A DNA stretch of 64,000 nt from an uncultured Gammaproteobacteria bacterium (GCA_963797555.1 CAWCPV010000010.1:32001-96000), one strand, 5' to 3'; numbered from the stretch's first letter, positions 1 through 13,486 are shown. Numbers and translations are program-made. Notes: generated by a model not told the origin, from the sequence alone.

Positions 1-250
1 TCGTGCCAGCAAAACCTGCGCTCCCCGATAGCGGGCATGGTTCAACACGAAGTCCCGGGTTGGCCGGCCGCTGGCTGCAGTCCATTCCGGGCTCGCCGTG
101 ATCGAGGTAGCGCCACTCGTCGAACAGATAGGGCCCAAAACCGGTCCGCCGGATGGACTTCAAGAACTGCTTGGGAATGATCGCGTCGGTGTCAACGTTG
201 GCCCGGTTCAGCGGCGCCACCAACCCATCGAAGACGGTAAAGGGTTCCAT
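1..250 (-). CDS. leuD: 3-isopropylmalate dehydratase small subunit, 5' part (runs off window; apparent frameshift near 55)
   Basis: Manual translation from ATG at 250 gives [50 protein letters not shown]. After removing one G in CCGGG it continues [20 protein letters not shown]. Downstream of leuC. Confidence 0.93.
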   Translation of the reverse strand, partial: MEPFTVFDGLVAPLNRANVDTDAIIPKQFLKSIRRTGFGPYLFDEWRYLDHGEPGMDCSQRPANPGLRVEPCPLSGSAGFAGT

Positions 251-252
251 GG

Positions 253-486
253 TCAGCGTGCGGACTTCTCGATGGCCTCCCCCGCTCCTTTGATGTCCTT
301 TCTCAAGCCCGCTACGGTATTGCACCCTGCCATCGCGACCATCACAGCGCCTAGCATGCCCGCCCGGGCTAGGCGGGCTCTGGCGCGCCCACCCGCGGAT
401 CCTGGGGCTCCCCGGCTTGGCACCCCGCCATCGTCGGCGACGCTCCGGCCGCTCGCGGTCGCTACCATTCTCAGCACCGTATCCAT
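253..486 (-). CDS. Entericidin EcnA/B-family small lipoprotein (true start may be ATG 357)
   Basis: Lipobox-like MAGC followed by [22 protein letters not shown], matching the entericidin pattern CNTxxGxGxDIxxxGxAIE. Confidence 0.75.
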   Translation of the reverse strand: MDTVLRMVATASGRSVADDGGVPSRGAPGSAGGRARARLARAGMLGAVMVAMAGCNTVAGLRKDIKGAGEAIEKSAR

Positions 487-498
487 GGCCCACCTCGC

Positions 499-1902
499 CT
501 ACAGTTGTCTTACGTCCACGAAACGGCCAGCGATGGCAGCCGCAGCGGCCATCGGCGGGCTGACCAGGTGTGTGCGTCCGCCCTGACCTTGGCGACCTTC
601 GAAGTTGCGGTTGGACGTGGATGCGCACCGCTCCCCCGGGGCCAGGCGGTCTGCATTCATCGCCAGACACATGGAGCAGCCCGGCTCGCGCCACTCGAAC
701 CCGGCCCGCAGGAACACCTCGTCCAGCCCCTCCGCCTCCGCCTGCCGTTTGACCAGGCCCGAGCCAGGCACCACCATGGCGAGCCGAACATTCGAGGCCA
801 CCTTGCGCCCGCGCACGACCTCGGCGGCAGCGCGCAAGTCCTCGATGCGAGCGTTGGTGCAGGATCCGATGAATATCTTGTCGAGGACGATATCCGTCAC
901 GGCCGTGCCCGGCTCCAAGCCCATGTACGCCAGCGCCCTCTCCATGCTCGCTCGGCGCACTGGATCGACTTCCTGGGCGGGGATCGGGATGCGCCCGTCC
1001 ACCGACACCACCAACTCCGGCGACGTTCCCCAGGTAACCTGCGGCTGGACATCGGCGGCATCCAGACGCACCACCTTATCGAAGCGGGCGCCCGGGTCAC
1101 TGTGCAGGTCCTGCCAGGCCCGGACGGCGGCATCCCAGAGGGCTCCCCTCGGGGCATAGGGCTTACCCTTCAGATACTCCAAAGTCTTATCGTCCGCGGC
1201 CATCATCCCTGCCCGCGCCCCTGCCTCAATGGCCATGTTGCAGACCGTCATGCGGCCCTCCGGGGAGAGCGACTGAATCGCACGCCCGGCGAATTCGATG
1301 GCGTAACCGATACCGCCGGCAGTGCCGACATATCCGATGATGAACAGAACCAAGTCCTTCGCAGTCACCCCGGGCGCCAGGACGCCGTCCACCTGTACCA
1401 GCATGTTCCTGGATTTTCTCAACAACAGGCATTGGGTGGCGAGCACGTGCTCCACCTCGGAAGTCCCGATGCCGAACGCAAGAGCGGCGAATGCACCATG
1501 GGTGGAGGTATGCGAATCGCCGCATACGATAGTCACACCGGGGAGCGTGAATCCTAGCTCGGGCCCGATGACGTGTACGATGCCCTGACGCGGGTCGAGC
1601 ATGTCGAACTCTGTGACACCGAAGTCCGCGCAGTTCTGGTCCAGTGTCTCCACCTGAATCCGCGAGACGGGGTCTGCGATCCCGGCACTACGGTCGGTGG
1701 TGGGCACATTGTGGTCCGGCACTGCCAGGTTGGCGTCCCGCCGCCACGGCTGTCGGCCTGCCAGGCGCAGCCCCTCGAAGGCCTGGGGCGAAGTCACTTC
1801 GTGCAACAACTGGCGGTCGATGTAGAGCAGCGTCATACCGTCTGGAGACACGCGCACCACGTGCGCGTCCCAAAGCTTGTCGTAAAGGGTCCTCGGAGCC
1901 AT
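499..1902 (-). CDS. leuC: 3-isopropylmalate dehydratase large subunit
   Basis: [57 protein letters not shown]. Confidence 0.98.
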   Translation of the reverse strand: MAPRTLYDKLWDAHVVRVSPDGMTLLYIDRQLLHEVTSPQAFEGLRLAGRQPWRRDANLAVPDHNVPTTDRSAGIADPVSRIQVETLDQNCADFGVTEFDMLDPRQGIVHVIGPELGFTLPGVTIVCGDSHTSTHGAFAALAFGIGTSEVEHVLATQCLLLRKSRNMLVQVDGVLAPGVTAKDLVLFIIGYVGTAGGIGYAIEFAGRAIQSLSPEGRMTVCNMAIEAGARAGMMAADDKTLEYLKGKPYAPRGALWDAAVRAWQDLHSDPGARFDKVVRLDAADVQPQVTWGTSPELVVSVDGRIPIPAQEVDPVRRASMERALAYMGLEPGTAVTDIVLDKIFIGSCTNARIEDLRAAAEVVRGRKVASNVRLAMVVPGSGLVKRQAEAEGLDEVFLRAGFEWREPGCSMCLAMNADRLAPGERCASTSNRNFEGRQGQGGRTHLVSPPMAAAAAIAGRFVDVRQL

Positions 1903-2187
1903 GGTCGGTCAGCGGGCGTAAATGATTATTGTAGAAGAACGCTGGCCCGCGGGGAAACAGCGCCGAGCACAGGCGGGACCTGAGGCGGACAGGGAGTGGC
2001 CGCATCATTCAGGTGCTCGCGGACGGATTGCGCGAGAGCGTTCACGGAGGGTATAAACGGACGGTCGAGGCACGAGCCAGTCTGCGTCTCGGCCCGTGTC
2101 GCACCCGGCGTCGGCGGCACTGCAGCGGGATGTGGTGCGTGCGCCCGCCAAGTGCCGCTCGTGGCGCCATTTCTATGGAGAATGCCC

Positions 2188-2400
2188 ATGTCCCGCCTCA
2201 GCCGCTTCTTGCCCGCGCTGCTCACCCTGTACCTTGGAGCTTGCTCCGGTCCTCCCCAGCAGAGCGCTGCCCCGGCCGGGGCCCAAGATCATGTCTGGAA
2301 GGACCAAACCGGGGCCATCGAGAAGGCCAAGGGAGTCGAGCGTACGCTCCAGGACGCGGCCGCGCAACGGGACAAGGCACTGGAACAGGAAAGCCGCTGA
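2188..2400 (+). CDS. Small hypothetical lipoprotein
   Basis: GGAG RBS at 2177-2180; signal MSRLSRFLPALLTLYLGAC with lipobox LGAC; helical C-terminus. Confidence 0.65.
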   Translation: MSRLSRFLPALLTLYLGACSGPPQQSAAPAGAQDHVWKDQTGAIEKAKGVERTLQDAAAQRDKALEQESR

Positions 2401-2564
2401 GATCTCGTGAACAAATCTGCCGCGCGTGCGGACCGCGGCGTTGTGCGGTGTTCATGGCGTACCTCCCTGTACGCCACCCCTTCGGGGCGTCCCGCCGACG
2501 TGCCGAATGGCTGTCCGCCATTCGGTCGCTCCCCGCCCGTCTATCGGATTCTGTTCACAAGCTC
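2401..2564. mobile_element. MITE-like non-autonomous element (164 bp) with TGA target-site duplication
   Basis: Imperfect terminal inverted repeats GATCTCGTGAACA / TGTTCACAAGCTC (11 of 13 match). TGA at 2398-2400 and 2565-2567. Internal hairpins CCGAATGGC..GCCATTCGG and CCC-TTCG-GGG. Confidence 0.6.
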
Positions 2565-2618
2565 TGAGTCCTGCGCTCGGGCTCGTATGATAGGTAACAT
2601 CGTGGACTAGGCAGCGTC

Positions 2619-3951
2619 ATGGACACCCACCTCCGGGAACCTATCTCTGAGCCTGCGGACCCTGCTCCGCATCGGCTGTCGCCAACTGCGATGCGGGACT
2701 TCGGCGCGCGATACCGGGCGACGCGCCGCGTCACAGAGCGCCTCTGCGAGCCCCTGTCTGCCGAGGACTGCACGGTCCAGTCCATGCGAGACGCGAGCCC
2801 AGCGAAGTGGCACTTGGCGCACACCACTTGGTTCTTCGAGACCTTCGTCCTCGACAACGGAGTGAAAGGTTATCGGACCTTCGCTCCCCACTTCCGCGTG
2901 CTCTTCAACTCCTACTACCACACGGTGGGCAGACGACATCCTCGGCCGGAGCGCGGGATGCTGACGCGGCCGGGGCTGGAGGGGGTCCTCGCCTACCGCA
3001 GGCACGTGGATCAGCATATGCTGGCGTTGCTGGAGCAAGCGCACATCCCACAGGCGCTGGCAGAGGCTCGCGGAGCTGGGTCTGCAGCACGAGCAGCAGC
3101 ACCAGGAGCTCATCCTGACCGACATCAAGCACCTGCTGTACTGTAATCCACTGCGCCCGGCCTACGCCACCCGTGCGGTTTCGCCCGAAGGCTCGGCCGA
3201 CTCTTTTCGCTGGAGAGTTTACGGCGAGGGCCTGGCGTGGATCGGCGACAAAGGCGTGGGGTTCGCCTTCGACAATGAGCGACCGCGGCACCGGGTGTTC
3301 TTGGAGGCGTTCGAGCTGACATCGCGCCCGGTCACCAATGCCGAGTTTGCAGCGTTCATTGAAGACGGAGGCTACCATCGCCCCGAGCTATGGCTGTCGG
3401 ACGGGTGGGATGCTGTCCGGACCCAGAACTGGGCCGGACCTCTTTACTGGGAGAGGCATGATGAGCTGTGGTACCAGTACACTCTCGGCGGGTTGGGGCC
3501 CTTGCGGCACCACGAGCCCGTATGCCACGTGAGCTATTACGAGGCCGATGCCTTCGCCCGATGGGCGGGCGCGCGCCTCCCCACGGAAGCGGAGTGGGAG
3601 CTGGCCGCCGCAGCGGTGCCCATGGAAGGCAACTTCCAGGAGAGCGGATGGCTTCAGCCCGTCCCGGCCTGCGCCGCGGAGACCGGCACACCACTGCAGC
3701 AACTGTTTGGGGATGTCTGGGAATGGACCCAGAGTGCCTACCATCCCTATCCCGGCTATCACGCCCCGGTCGGCGCACTCGGGGAATACAACGGCAAGTT
3801 CATGTGTAACCAGATGGTGCTGCGGGGAGGCTCCTGCGTCACCCCCAGTTCCCATATTCGATGCACCTACCGCAACTTCCTGTACCCCGACGCCCGCTGG
3901 CAGTTCAGCGGCATCCGGCTTGCCCGCGACCCCGCCGGAGATCGCTCATGA
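2619..3951 (+). CDS. egtB: Ergothioneine biosynthesis sulfoxide synthase EgtB (frameshift near 3065, probably a sequencing error)
   Basis: [23 protein letters not shown] and FNSYY in the first frame; [38 protein letters not shown] and [14 protein letters not shown] in the shifted frame. Confidence 0.9.
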
Positions 3952-4087
3952 GCTGACATTGCCCCCAGTGGGCCCGCTCGGGGCGAGCGAGGGATTTTGG
4001 AGGCTGTCCTCCCGACTGCAGGGAACAAGGCGCAAGACGGGCTTGCCATAAATGGCATTCACCCACCAGACTGAGGAGGAATGACGC

Positions 4088-4606
4088 ATGCGTGCGCTGC
4101 CAATGATCGTACTCACTCTGCTTGCCAGCGCTGTCGCTGGCGCGGATTCCGTCTCCGTCGACATGCACCTCATCACCAACAACGGAATCGGCGAGTCCGT
4201 CGGAACCCTGCGCGCGGAGGACAGTCCGTACGGACTGCTGCTCAGTCCGAAGCTCGCCGGCTTGCCAGCCGGGCTGCACGGGTTTCACGTCCATGAAAAG
4301 CCCGACTGTAGCGTCACCGAAAAAGACGGCAAGAGGGTGGCTGGGCTCGCCGCCGGCGGACACTATGACCCCGCCGGGACCGGGAAACACGAAGGCCCCT
4401 ACGGCGCGGGCCACCTGGGAGATCTGCCCGCGCTGTTTGTGGAGAGCGACGGGAAGGGTTATACACCACTCTTGGCACCGCGGCTGAAGGTCTCTGGCAT
4501 CAAGGGCCACTCGCTCATGGTCCACGCCGGTGGAGACAACTACTCCGACGAGCCAAAGAAGCTGGGCGGCGGTGGCGCCCGCATCGCCTGCGGCGTGGTG
4601 CCCTAA
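4088..4606 (+). CDS. sodC: Periplasmic Cu/Zn superoxide dismutase
   Basis: Signal peptide; HGFHVHE, AGGHYDP, HEGP..GHLGDLP, HAGGDNYSD, GGGGARIACG. Confidence 0.96.
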   Translation: MRALPMIVLTLLASAVAGADSVSVDMHLITNNGIGESVGTLRAEDSPYGLLLSPKLAGLPAGLHGFHVHEKPDCSVTEKDGKRVAGLAAGGHYDPAGTGKHEGPYGAGHLGDLPALFVESDGKGYTPLLAPRLKVSGIKGHSLMVHAGGDNYSDEPKKLGGGGARIACGVVP

Positions 4607-4637
4607 CGTCCAAGCCGCGAGGACACTTGGCCCGCGG

Positions 4638-5036
4638 ATGGAGCAGGCACGCCGCATCCCGGCTTGGTGGGTATCCGTAGCAGCTCTGAACGGGCTGCTC
4701 GCGGTCGCCGCCGGTGCCTTCGCCGCACACGCCCTAAAGCATTCCCCCGACCCACAGGCGGCCACGTGGGTCGAGACGGCTGCCACGTATCAGATGTGGC
4801 ATGCCCTCGCCCTGTTAGGGGTTACCGCAGTGCGGGACCGCGGGCCAGGAAACAGATGGGTACAAATCAGCGCTTGGCTGTTCGTGACCGGAATCTTGCT
4901 CTTTTCTGGCAGCCTCTATGTTCTGGCCCTAAGCCACGCCAGATGGGTGGCGTGGATTACCCCGTTCGGAGGAACGGCGTTACTGCTGGGTTGGCTCGCC
5001 CTCGTCGTACACGGCTTGCGCAGGGCTGGACCTTAG
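4638..5036 (+). CDS. DUF423 (YgdD/TMEM256) membrane protein
   Basis: [33 protein letters not shown]. Confidence 0.9.
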   Translation: MEQARRIPAWWVSVAALNGLLAVAAGAFAAHALKHSPDPQAATWVETAATYQMWHALALLGVTAVRDRGPGNRWVQISAWLFVTGILLFSGSLYVLALSHARWVAWITPFGGTALLLGWLALVVHGLRRAGP

Positions 5037-5638
5037 CTGCGCTCGTCCGGCTCGCCCCGCTGTCGCCACAGCCGCACCGGTGCAAAGCTGAGGCGATGAA
5101 TGGGTGAAGGGCCGAGGCGCTGGAGTGCCTTCAGGTGCTCCGGCGTACCGTAGCCCTTGTGCCGCGCAAAGCCATACCCTGGGTAGCGCTGGTCTAGCGC
5201 CTCCATCTCTCGGTCACGCGTAACTTTCGCCAGAATGGAGGCGGCGCTAATCGCAGGCACCGACGCGTCCCCGCCTACCACGGCTTCGACTGGGCAGCCG
5301 ATGGCTGGGCAGTGGAGTCCGTCCACCAACACTCGGTCCGGTAAGCAGCCGAGCGCGACGCAGGCGCGTTGCATGGCAAGCAGCGTAGCTTGCAAGATGT
5401 TGAGCGCGTCGATCTCCTCGACTTCGGCACGCCCGACCCCCCATGCCCGAGCCCGCCGGCGGATTTGGACGGCCAACAGCTCTCGCTGGCGTACGGCGAG
5501 CTGCTTGGAGTCGGCTAGGCCCGCAATCGGGGAACCGGCGTCCAAGACCACCGCCGCCGCCAGAACGGGACCGGCCAGGGGACCCCGCCCTGCCTCGTCC
5601 ACCCCGGCCAGTACGGGCGTGTCCCTCTGCCGCCTCAC
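5033..5638 (-). CDS. rnhB: Ribonuclease HII
   Basis: [46 protein letters not shown]. Confidence 0.97.
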   Translation of the reverse strand: MRRQRDTPVLAGVDEAGRGPLAGPVLAAAVVLDAGSPIAGLADSKQLAVRQRELLAVQIRRRARAWGVGRAEVEEIDALNILQATLLAMQRACVALGCLPDRVLVDGLHCPAIGCPVEAVVGGDASVPAISAASILAKVTRDREMEALDQRYPGYGFARHKGYGTPEHLKALQRLGPSPIHRLSFAPVRLWRQRGEPDERS

Positions 5639-6033
5639 GGAACTTCGGGGACCTTCGGTTGGTGAAGTACTTCGATGAACTCCAAGGCGTTGCCGTCCGG
5701 ATCCCGGCAGAATAGCGCCCGTCGCCCCGAACGACCGAGGGTGACGGGAATGCCGGCCCGGGACAGGCTCTCGCGGAGCGAGTCAAGGTTCGAGACCGCC
5801 AAGGCGATATGCCGGTCGCGCCCACCGTGGTCGGGCCGCCCGGTCACGGGGTCTGGGTTCGGAAGCTCCAGAAGGTGGATCTGCTGCGCTCCGACGCGCA
5901 GCCAAGCTCCCGGATAACCGAGATCGGGACGGCTGTCGTCCTGATCGAGCGCCAGGAGCCCCACGTAAAAGTTCAGCGCCCGCCGAGTGTCCTGAACGAC
6001 GACACTGACGTGGTGGATACCTCGGTACTGCAA
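5635..6033 (-). CDS. VOC/glyoxalase family protein
   Basis: [39 protein letters not shown]; TTG start. Confidence 0.88.
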   Translation of the reverse strand: MQYRGIHHVSVVVQDTRRALNFYVGLLALDQDDSRPDLGYPGAWLRVGAQQIHLLELPNPDPVTGRPDHGGRDRHIALAVSNLDSLRESLSRAGIPVTLGRSGRRALFCRDPDGNALEFIEVLHQPKVPEVP

Positions 6034-6045
6034 GGCTTCTCCAGA

Positions 6046-6074
6046 TTGGCGGTAGGGTACCTATCCCCTATACT
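6046..6074 (+). promoter_or_regulatory. Putative sigma70 promoter for dapC
   Basis: TTGGCG-17bp-TATACT upstream of ATG 6118. Confidence 0.45.
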
Positions 6075-6117
6075 ACCGACCGACTAGCCTAGCGGCGTCG
6101 CCCGGCGAACTCAACCG

Positions 6118-7314
6118 ATGAACCCCAATCTCTTGCGCTTGCAGCCCTATCCGTTCGAAAAGCTTGCGAGCCTGACCGCGGGTATCACGCCCCCCTCCGA
6201 TAAGTCGCCCATCGCCTTGTCTCTGGGCGAGCCCACACACCCAGCGCCCAGCTTCCTGGTCGAGGAGATCATAACTCATCTGCACGGCGTTTCCACCTAT
6301 CCCACCACTCGGGGGACGCCCGCCCTGCGCCGCACGATCAGCCAGTGGCTGGTGCGGCGTTTCGGGCTGAAACCGGACAGCGTGGACGCGGAACGGCACG
6401 TGCTGCCGGTGAATGGGACGCGCGAGGCCCTGTTCGCCTTCGCCCAGTGCATGGTTGATCCGCGCACCGGGCCTGTGGTCATGATGCCGAACCCCTTCTA
6501 TCAGATCTACGAAGGGGCCGCTTTGTTGGCGGGAGCAGAGCCCTACTACGTCAACTGCACGGCGGGAACGGACTTCCTTCCCGATTTCGATGCCGTGCCG
6601 CAGCGGGTATGGAAGCAGTGCCAACTCCTTTACCTGTGCTCGCCGGGCAACCCGACGGGCGCAGTACTGGACATCGCCGCACTGCAGGGTCTCATCGAGA
6701 TCGCAGAGGAACATGAATTCATCATCGCGGCGGATGAGTGTTATTCGGAGATTTATCGGGATGAGGCGCATCCACCCCCGGGCTTGCTGGCCGCCGCAGC
6801 CGCTATGGGCAACGAGGATTTCCGGCGCTGCGTCGCGTTCCACAGCCTGTCCAAGCGCTCCAGCGTGCCGGGCCTGCGCTCGGGCTTCGTGGCCGGAGAC
6901 GCGGCACTCATAGCCCAGTTCCTACGCTACCGTACTTACCACGGTTGCGCCATGCCGCTGCACACCCAGGCAGCGAGCGTCGCCGCCTGGGCCGACGAGC
7001 GGCACGTCGCCGTGAACCGCCGCGCTTACCAGGAGAAATTCGCGGCCGCGATGGGGATCCTCCGGCCGGTGCTGGAGGGGTATGTCCCTGCGGGAGCCTT
7101 CTACTTGTGGCCCGAAACTCCCGTGGACGATCGCGAATTTACGCGCGCACTCTATGCGCGCGAGAACGTTACCGTACTGCCGGGCAGCTATCTCGCACGC
7201 ACCGCCCAGGACATCAACCCGGGCCGGCAACGGGTGCGCATCGCCCTGGTGGCGCCACTCGATGAGTGCGCCGAGGCCGCCTGGCGGCTGCGCAATTTCC
7301 TTGCCGCCCTGTAA
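6118..7314 (+). CDS. dapC: N-succinyldiaminopimelate aminotransferase
   Basis: [57 protein letters not shown]; upstream of dapD. Confidence 0.93.
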   Translation: MNPNLLRLQPYPFEKLASLTAGITPPSDKSPIALSLGEPTHPAPSFLVEEIITHLHGVSTYPTTRGTPALRRTISQWLVRRFGLKPDSVDAERHVLPVNGTREALFAFAQCMVDPRTGPVVMMPNPFYQIYEGAALLAGAEPYYVNCTAGTDFLPDFDAVPQRVWKQCQLLYLCSPGNPTGAVLDIAALQGLIEIAEEHEFIIAADECYSEIYRDEAHPPPGLLAAAAAMGNEDFRRCVAFHSLSKRSSVPGLRSGFVAGDAALIAQFLRYRTYHGCAMPLHTQAASVAAWADERHVAVNRRAYQEKFAAAMGILRPVLEGYVPAGAFYLWPETPVDDREFTRALYARENVTVLPGSYLARTAQDINPGRQRVRIALVAPLDECAEAAWRLRNFLAAL

Positions 7315-7328
7315 GAACGGAGAACCGC

Positions 7329-8150
7329 ATGGAGGACTTGCAAGAGATCATCGAGGAAGGGTTCGAGCGCCGTGGCGAGATCACACCGCGCACGGTGGAC
7401 ACTCTCGTGAAGGAAGCGGTGGACGAGGCTATCCACGCCTTGGACTCCGGACGCGAGCGGGTCGCGGTCAAACGGAACGGAGAATGGATAGTCAACGAGT
7501 GGCTCAAGAAGGCCGTTCTGCTCTCGTTCCGCATCGAGGACAACCGCTTCATGAAAGGCGGCTTCACCAACTACTTCGACAAGGTCTCGCCGAAGTACGC
7601 CGACTTCAACTCGCGGGACTTCCGGGACACCGGCGTCCGCGTGGTGCCGCCGGCCACAGTGCGCCGTGGCGCGTATATCGCGCCTGGGGTGGTGCTCATG
7701 CCCTCCTACGTCAACATAGGCGCATACGTGGACAGTGGAACCATGGTGGATACCTGGGCGACCGTCGGCTCCTGTGCTCAGATCGGCAAGAATGTCCACC
7801 TCTCGGGCGGCGTCGGCATTGGCGGAGTGCTCGAGCCGCTGCAGGCAAGCCCCACCATCATCGAGGACAACTGCTTCATCGGGGCGCGCTCGGAGATCGT
7901 CGAGGGCGTGATAGTGGGCGAGGGTGCGGTCATTTCGATGGGTGTCTACATCGGGAGCAGCACGCGAATCTACCATCGGGAGAGCGGCGACATCCTCTAC
8001 CGTCGCGTGCCGCCGGGGTCGGTCGTCGTCCCTGGCAATCTTCCTTCCAGCGACGGAAAATACAGCCTGTACTGCGCGGTGATCGTCAAGCAGGTCGATG
8101 ACAGGACGAGGAGCAAGGTGGGCATCAATGAGCTGCTGCGCGATATCTAG
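7329..8150 (+). CDS. dapD: Tetrahydrodipicolinate N-succinyltransferase
   Basis: [61 protein letters not shown]. Confidence 0.97.
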   Translation: MEDLQEIIEEGFERRGEITPRTVDTLVKEAVDEAIHALDSGRERVAVKRNGEWIVNEWLKKAVLLSFRIEDNRFMKGGFTNYFDKVSPKYADFNSRDFRDTGVRVVPPATVRRGAYIAPGVVLMPSYVNIGAYVDSGTMVDTWATVGSCAQIGKNVHLSGGVGIGGVLEPLQASPTIIEDNCFIGARSEIVEGVIVGEGAVISMGVYIGSSTRIYHRESGDILYRRVPPGSVVVPGNLPSSDGKYSLYCAVIVKQVDDRTRSKVGINELLRDI

Positions 8151-8207
8151 TCCGCGGCCTCCAAAGCCACAAGCCGCGGACACCGCAACGCCGGGCGCAC
8201 GGGGTAG

Positions 8208-10795
<2,588 letters not shown>

Positions 10796-10835
10796 CACCC
10801 GCTGACCGCCCATGGCACATCGGACGGTGCGCACG

Positions 10836-10928
10836 GTGAGTGCCGAACAGCCGCCGCGGGACTACCGGCAGAAACAGCCATTGCTCGCGCGTGGGGCCAA
10901 CGCGGGCGTTCGGGACCCGGCGTCCTCA
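10836..10928 (+). pseudogene. Degenerate N-terminal remnant of a RoxA/YcfD-type JmjC/cupin hydroxylase
   Basis: SAEQPPRDYRQKQPLLARGANAGVRDPAS resembles the family N-terminus (S.EQFLRDYWQKKPLLIR.A...F.DP.S); lies at the usual position after purB. Confidence 0.55.
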
Positions 10929-11021
10929 CATACACATACATCTAAGCTTGTAGGGTCGGTTCGCTGTGCGTTACCCTGCAAGCTGCCGACCCCGGCGTTT
11001 CCGGCCCATGCCGGCAGATTG

Positions 11022-11552
11022 ATGAGGACGAGTGGAGCGGTGGAACAGTTAGAGCGGCGGATCCTAGGCGAGGACGCGGGACCGCTGATGCTCAAGTCGG
11101 GGCAGGACGGCGCGGCGGCGGCGCTGGCTTTGGTCTCGCAAGCGAAAAGAAGCATCCATATCCTCAGCTACGACCTAGATCCCCAGCTCTACGACAACGA
11201 ACCGTTCGTGGCTGCGCTGAAGGAGTTTTGCCTGCGCAGTGGTTACGCCGAGGCGAGGCTCCTGTTACGGGACGCGACCTACGCCATCAATCATGGTCAT
11301 CGCGTGATCGGTCTCAGCCGACGACTCACCAGTTGCATTCAGATTCGCAAGCCACTCGCAGAAACCCGAGAAGTGGAGGGGAGCTTCCTCGTGGCGGATG
11401 GGATCGCGGTCCTGTCTCGCAAGCTGGCGGCCGACCCCGCAGGCACGGTGGATTTCCGGACACTCGGCGAAGCGCGCCGACTGTTGGATCTCTTCGCCGA
11501 CCTCTGGGAGCGCAGCGCGCCTGACCCAGAGTTGCGCCGTTTGCACATCTAA
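11022..11552 (+). CDS. Conserved hypothetical protein (DUF7931-like; domain often fused to a GNAT near purB)
   Basis: ILSYDLDPQLYD, GHRVIGLSRRLTSCIQIR, FLVADG, LWERSAPDPELRRLHI. Start codon and family label uncertain. Confidence 0.7.
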   Translation: MRTSGAVEQLERRILGEDAGPLMLKSGQDGAAAALALVSQAKRSIHILSYDLDPQLYDNEPFVAALKEFCLRSGYAEARLLLRDATYAINHGHRVIGLSRRLTSCIQIRKPLAETREVEGSFLVADGIAVLSRKLAADPAGTVDFRTLGEARRLLDLFADLWERSAPDPELRRLHI

Positions 11553-11657
11553 CGACTACCGAATACCGGACGACTGCGGAGCGCTGGGCTCGATCCTCTG
11601 CGGGGCAAGCCCTCAACCGGCAGCCTCGGTCTGCCCGGTGTCCCCGCAGACCGGTGG

Positions 11658-13112
11658 CTATTCTCTCTGGCTCCTGCCATAGGCGTCATCAAAGCGTACG
11701 ATGTCATCCTCGCCCAGATAGCCCCCGGACTGCACCTCGATGATCTCCAAAGGCAGTCGGCCGGGATTCTCCAGGCGGTGGGCACTGCCAATGGGAATAT
11801 ACGTGGACTCATTCTCGGAAAGCAGGAAGACCTCGTTGCCCCGCGTCACCCGGGCCGTGCCCCGAACGACGATCCAGTGCTCAGCCCGATGATGATGCAT
11901 CTGCAGCGACAGTGACGCCCCGGGCTCCACCACGATGCGCTTGACCTGGAACCGATCCCCCTGATCCAGAGCCTCGTAGCAGCCCCACGGCCGATGAACG
12001 CGTCGGTGGGTTAGATACTCGGAACGCTGGTGTTTCTTCAGATGCTCGACGACCGCCTTGACCTCCTGAGCCTTCTCCCGATGGGCTACCAACACGGCGT
12101 CGGCGGTCTCCACCACGATCATATCCTGAACTCCCACCGTAGCGACTACTCGGTGACTGGCCATGACTAAGGTGTCGCGCGTCTCGTACGTGACAACGTC
12201 ACCCTTGACCGTATTACCGTCGGCGTCTTTGGGGCTCACCTCCCAGAGGCTAGACCACGCGCCCACGTCCGACCAGCCGGCGCGCAACGGCACAACGACC
12301 ACTTTGTCGGTCCGCTCGGGCAGTCGTTCCATCACCGCATAGTCCACCGATTCGGCCGGACAGGATCGGAACCTATCGGCGTCGACGCGGTAGAAGTCGC
12401 CGTCGCGCCTCCCACCAGCGACCGCCGCACGACACGCCAGGGAAATGGCGGGCCGCTCCTGCTCTATCGTCTCCAACCAGAGCGAGACCCGCATCATGAA
12501 GATCCCGCTGTTCCAAAGGTAGTCGCGGGAAGCTACGTAGGACTTGGCAAGCTCGCGGTCTGGCTTTTCTACGAAGGCCGCTAGCCGCCGCGGTAGTGGC
12601 GACGTGGCATGCCGCGGGCTCAGCTCGGGCCCAGTCCGTAGATACCCATAACCTGTTTCCGGCGTGGTGGGCTCGACCCCGAAGGTCACCCAATGGCCCT
12701 CCTGCGCCCACGCGAAGCCTTCCCTTACCGCTGCGAGAAATGCTGCTCGATCCCGGACGACATGGTCGGCAGGCATCACTATGGCAACCGCATCCTGGTC
12801 TGTCCTGACGCTCAGAAGGGCGGCCAGAGTCAGGGCGGGAGCGGTGTTCCGCCCCTCGGGCTCCAGAACGATGCTTGCTGGGCTGCAGCCAACGCGGCGC
12901 AATTGCTCCGCCACCAGGAAGCGGTGCTCTTCGTTGCACACGACAAGGGGCGGCGCGACCTCCTCCGCGAGACCTTCCAAGCGTCCGGCGGTCTCTTGCA
13001 GCATCGCCAGATCTCCCACCAAGGGGAGGAGTTGCTTCGGGTAGTGCTCCCTCGATAGCGGCCAGAGGCGGCTGCCGGAGCCGCCCGAGAGGATGACAGG
13101 TCGGATCACCAT
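11658..13112 (-). CDS. manC: Mannose-1-phosphate guanylyltransferase / mannose-6-phosphate isomerase
   Basis: PVILSGGSGSRLWPLSR, EPEGRNTAPA, WNSGIF, WSDVGAW, cupin LSLQMHHHRAEHW, EVQSGGYLGEDDIVR. Confidence 0.95.
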   Translation of the reverse strand: MVIRPVILSGGSGSRLWPLSREHYPKQLLPLVGDLAMLQETAGRLEGLAEEVAPPLVVCNEEHRFLVAEQLRRVGCSPASIVLEPEGRNTAPALTLAALLSVRTDQDAVAIVMPADHVVRDRAAFLAAVREGFAWAQEGHWVTFGVEPTTPETGYGYLRTGPELSPRHATSPLPRRLAAFVEKPDRELAKSYVASRDYLWNSGIFMMRVSLWLETIEQERPAISLACRAAVAGGRRDGDFYRVDADRFRSCPAESVDYAVMERLPERTDKVVVVPLRAGWSDVGAWSSLWEVSPKDADGNTVKGDVVTYETRDTLVMASHRVVATVGVQDMIVVETADAVLVAHREKAQEVKAVVEHLKKHQRSEYLTHRRVHRPWGCYEALDQGDRFQVKRIVVEPGASLSLQMHHHRAEHWIVVRGTARVTRGNEVFLLSENESTYIPIGSAHRLENPGRLPLEIIEVQSGGYLGEDDIVRFDDAYGRSQRE

Positions 13113-13486
13113 GGATACGCTCTGGCGCATCCCTGGCAATTCCGGCCGGCCCCACCCACTGTACCGGTCGCACGCAGGATCAAGGTGTCGTGCCGCCAGC
13201 GGTCACGTGGCCGCGGTTCTCATCGAGGTGATGCTTTGGACTGGTCCCTGGAACATCGAGCAGCGGGCGACGGTTCGGCGAGCACCCGGATATGACCGGA
13301 CACACTTGTCGTGAACGCGGACATGTTTCTTCCCACACCTGTCTGCGTTTACCCCCTCTTCCCACACACAAGACCCCTCACCAGCGCCACCGCTCCCACC
13401 ACCACGGACGCCCCACTTGGAACGCGCCTCCGGCAGCCGTTCTTGATGCTGCGGGCAGAGGGGACGGCCGCGCCCAATGCGCGGGG

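Noticed and set aside
2619-3951. SenA (selenoneine) or OvoA identity
   Set aside because: No senB/selD neighbours and no C-terminal methyltransferase domain; motifs fit EgtB.
11553-11657. Second MITE or terminator between convergent genes (GGTCTGC..GCAGACC hairpin)
   Set aside because: No convincing terminal repeats, target duplication or U-tract.
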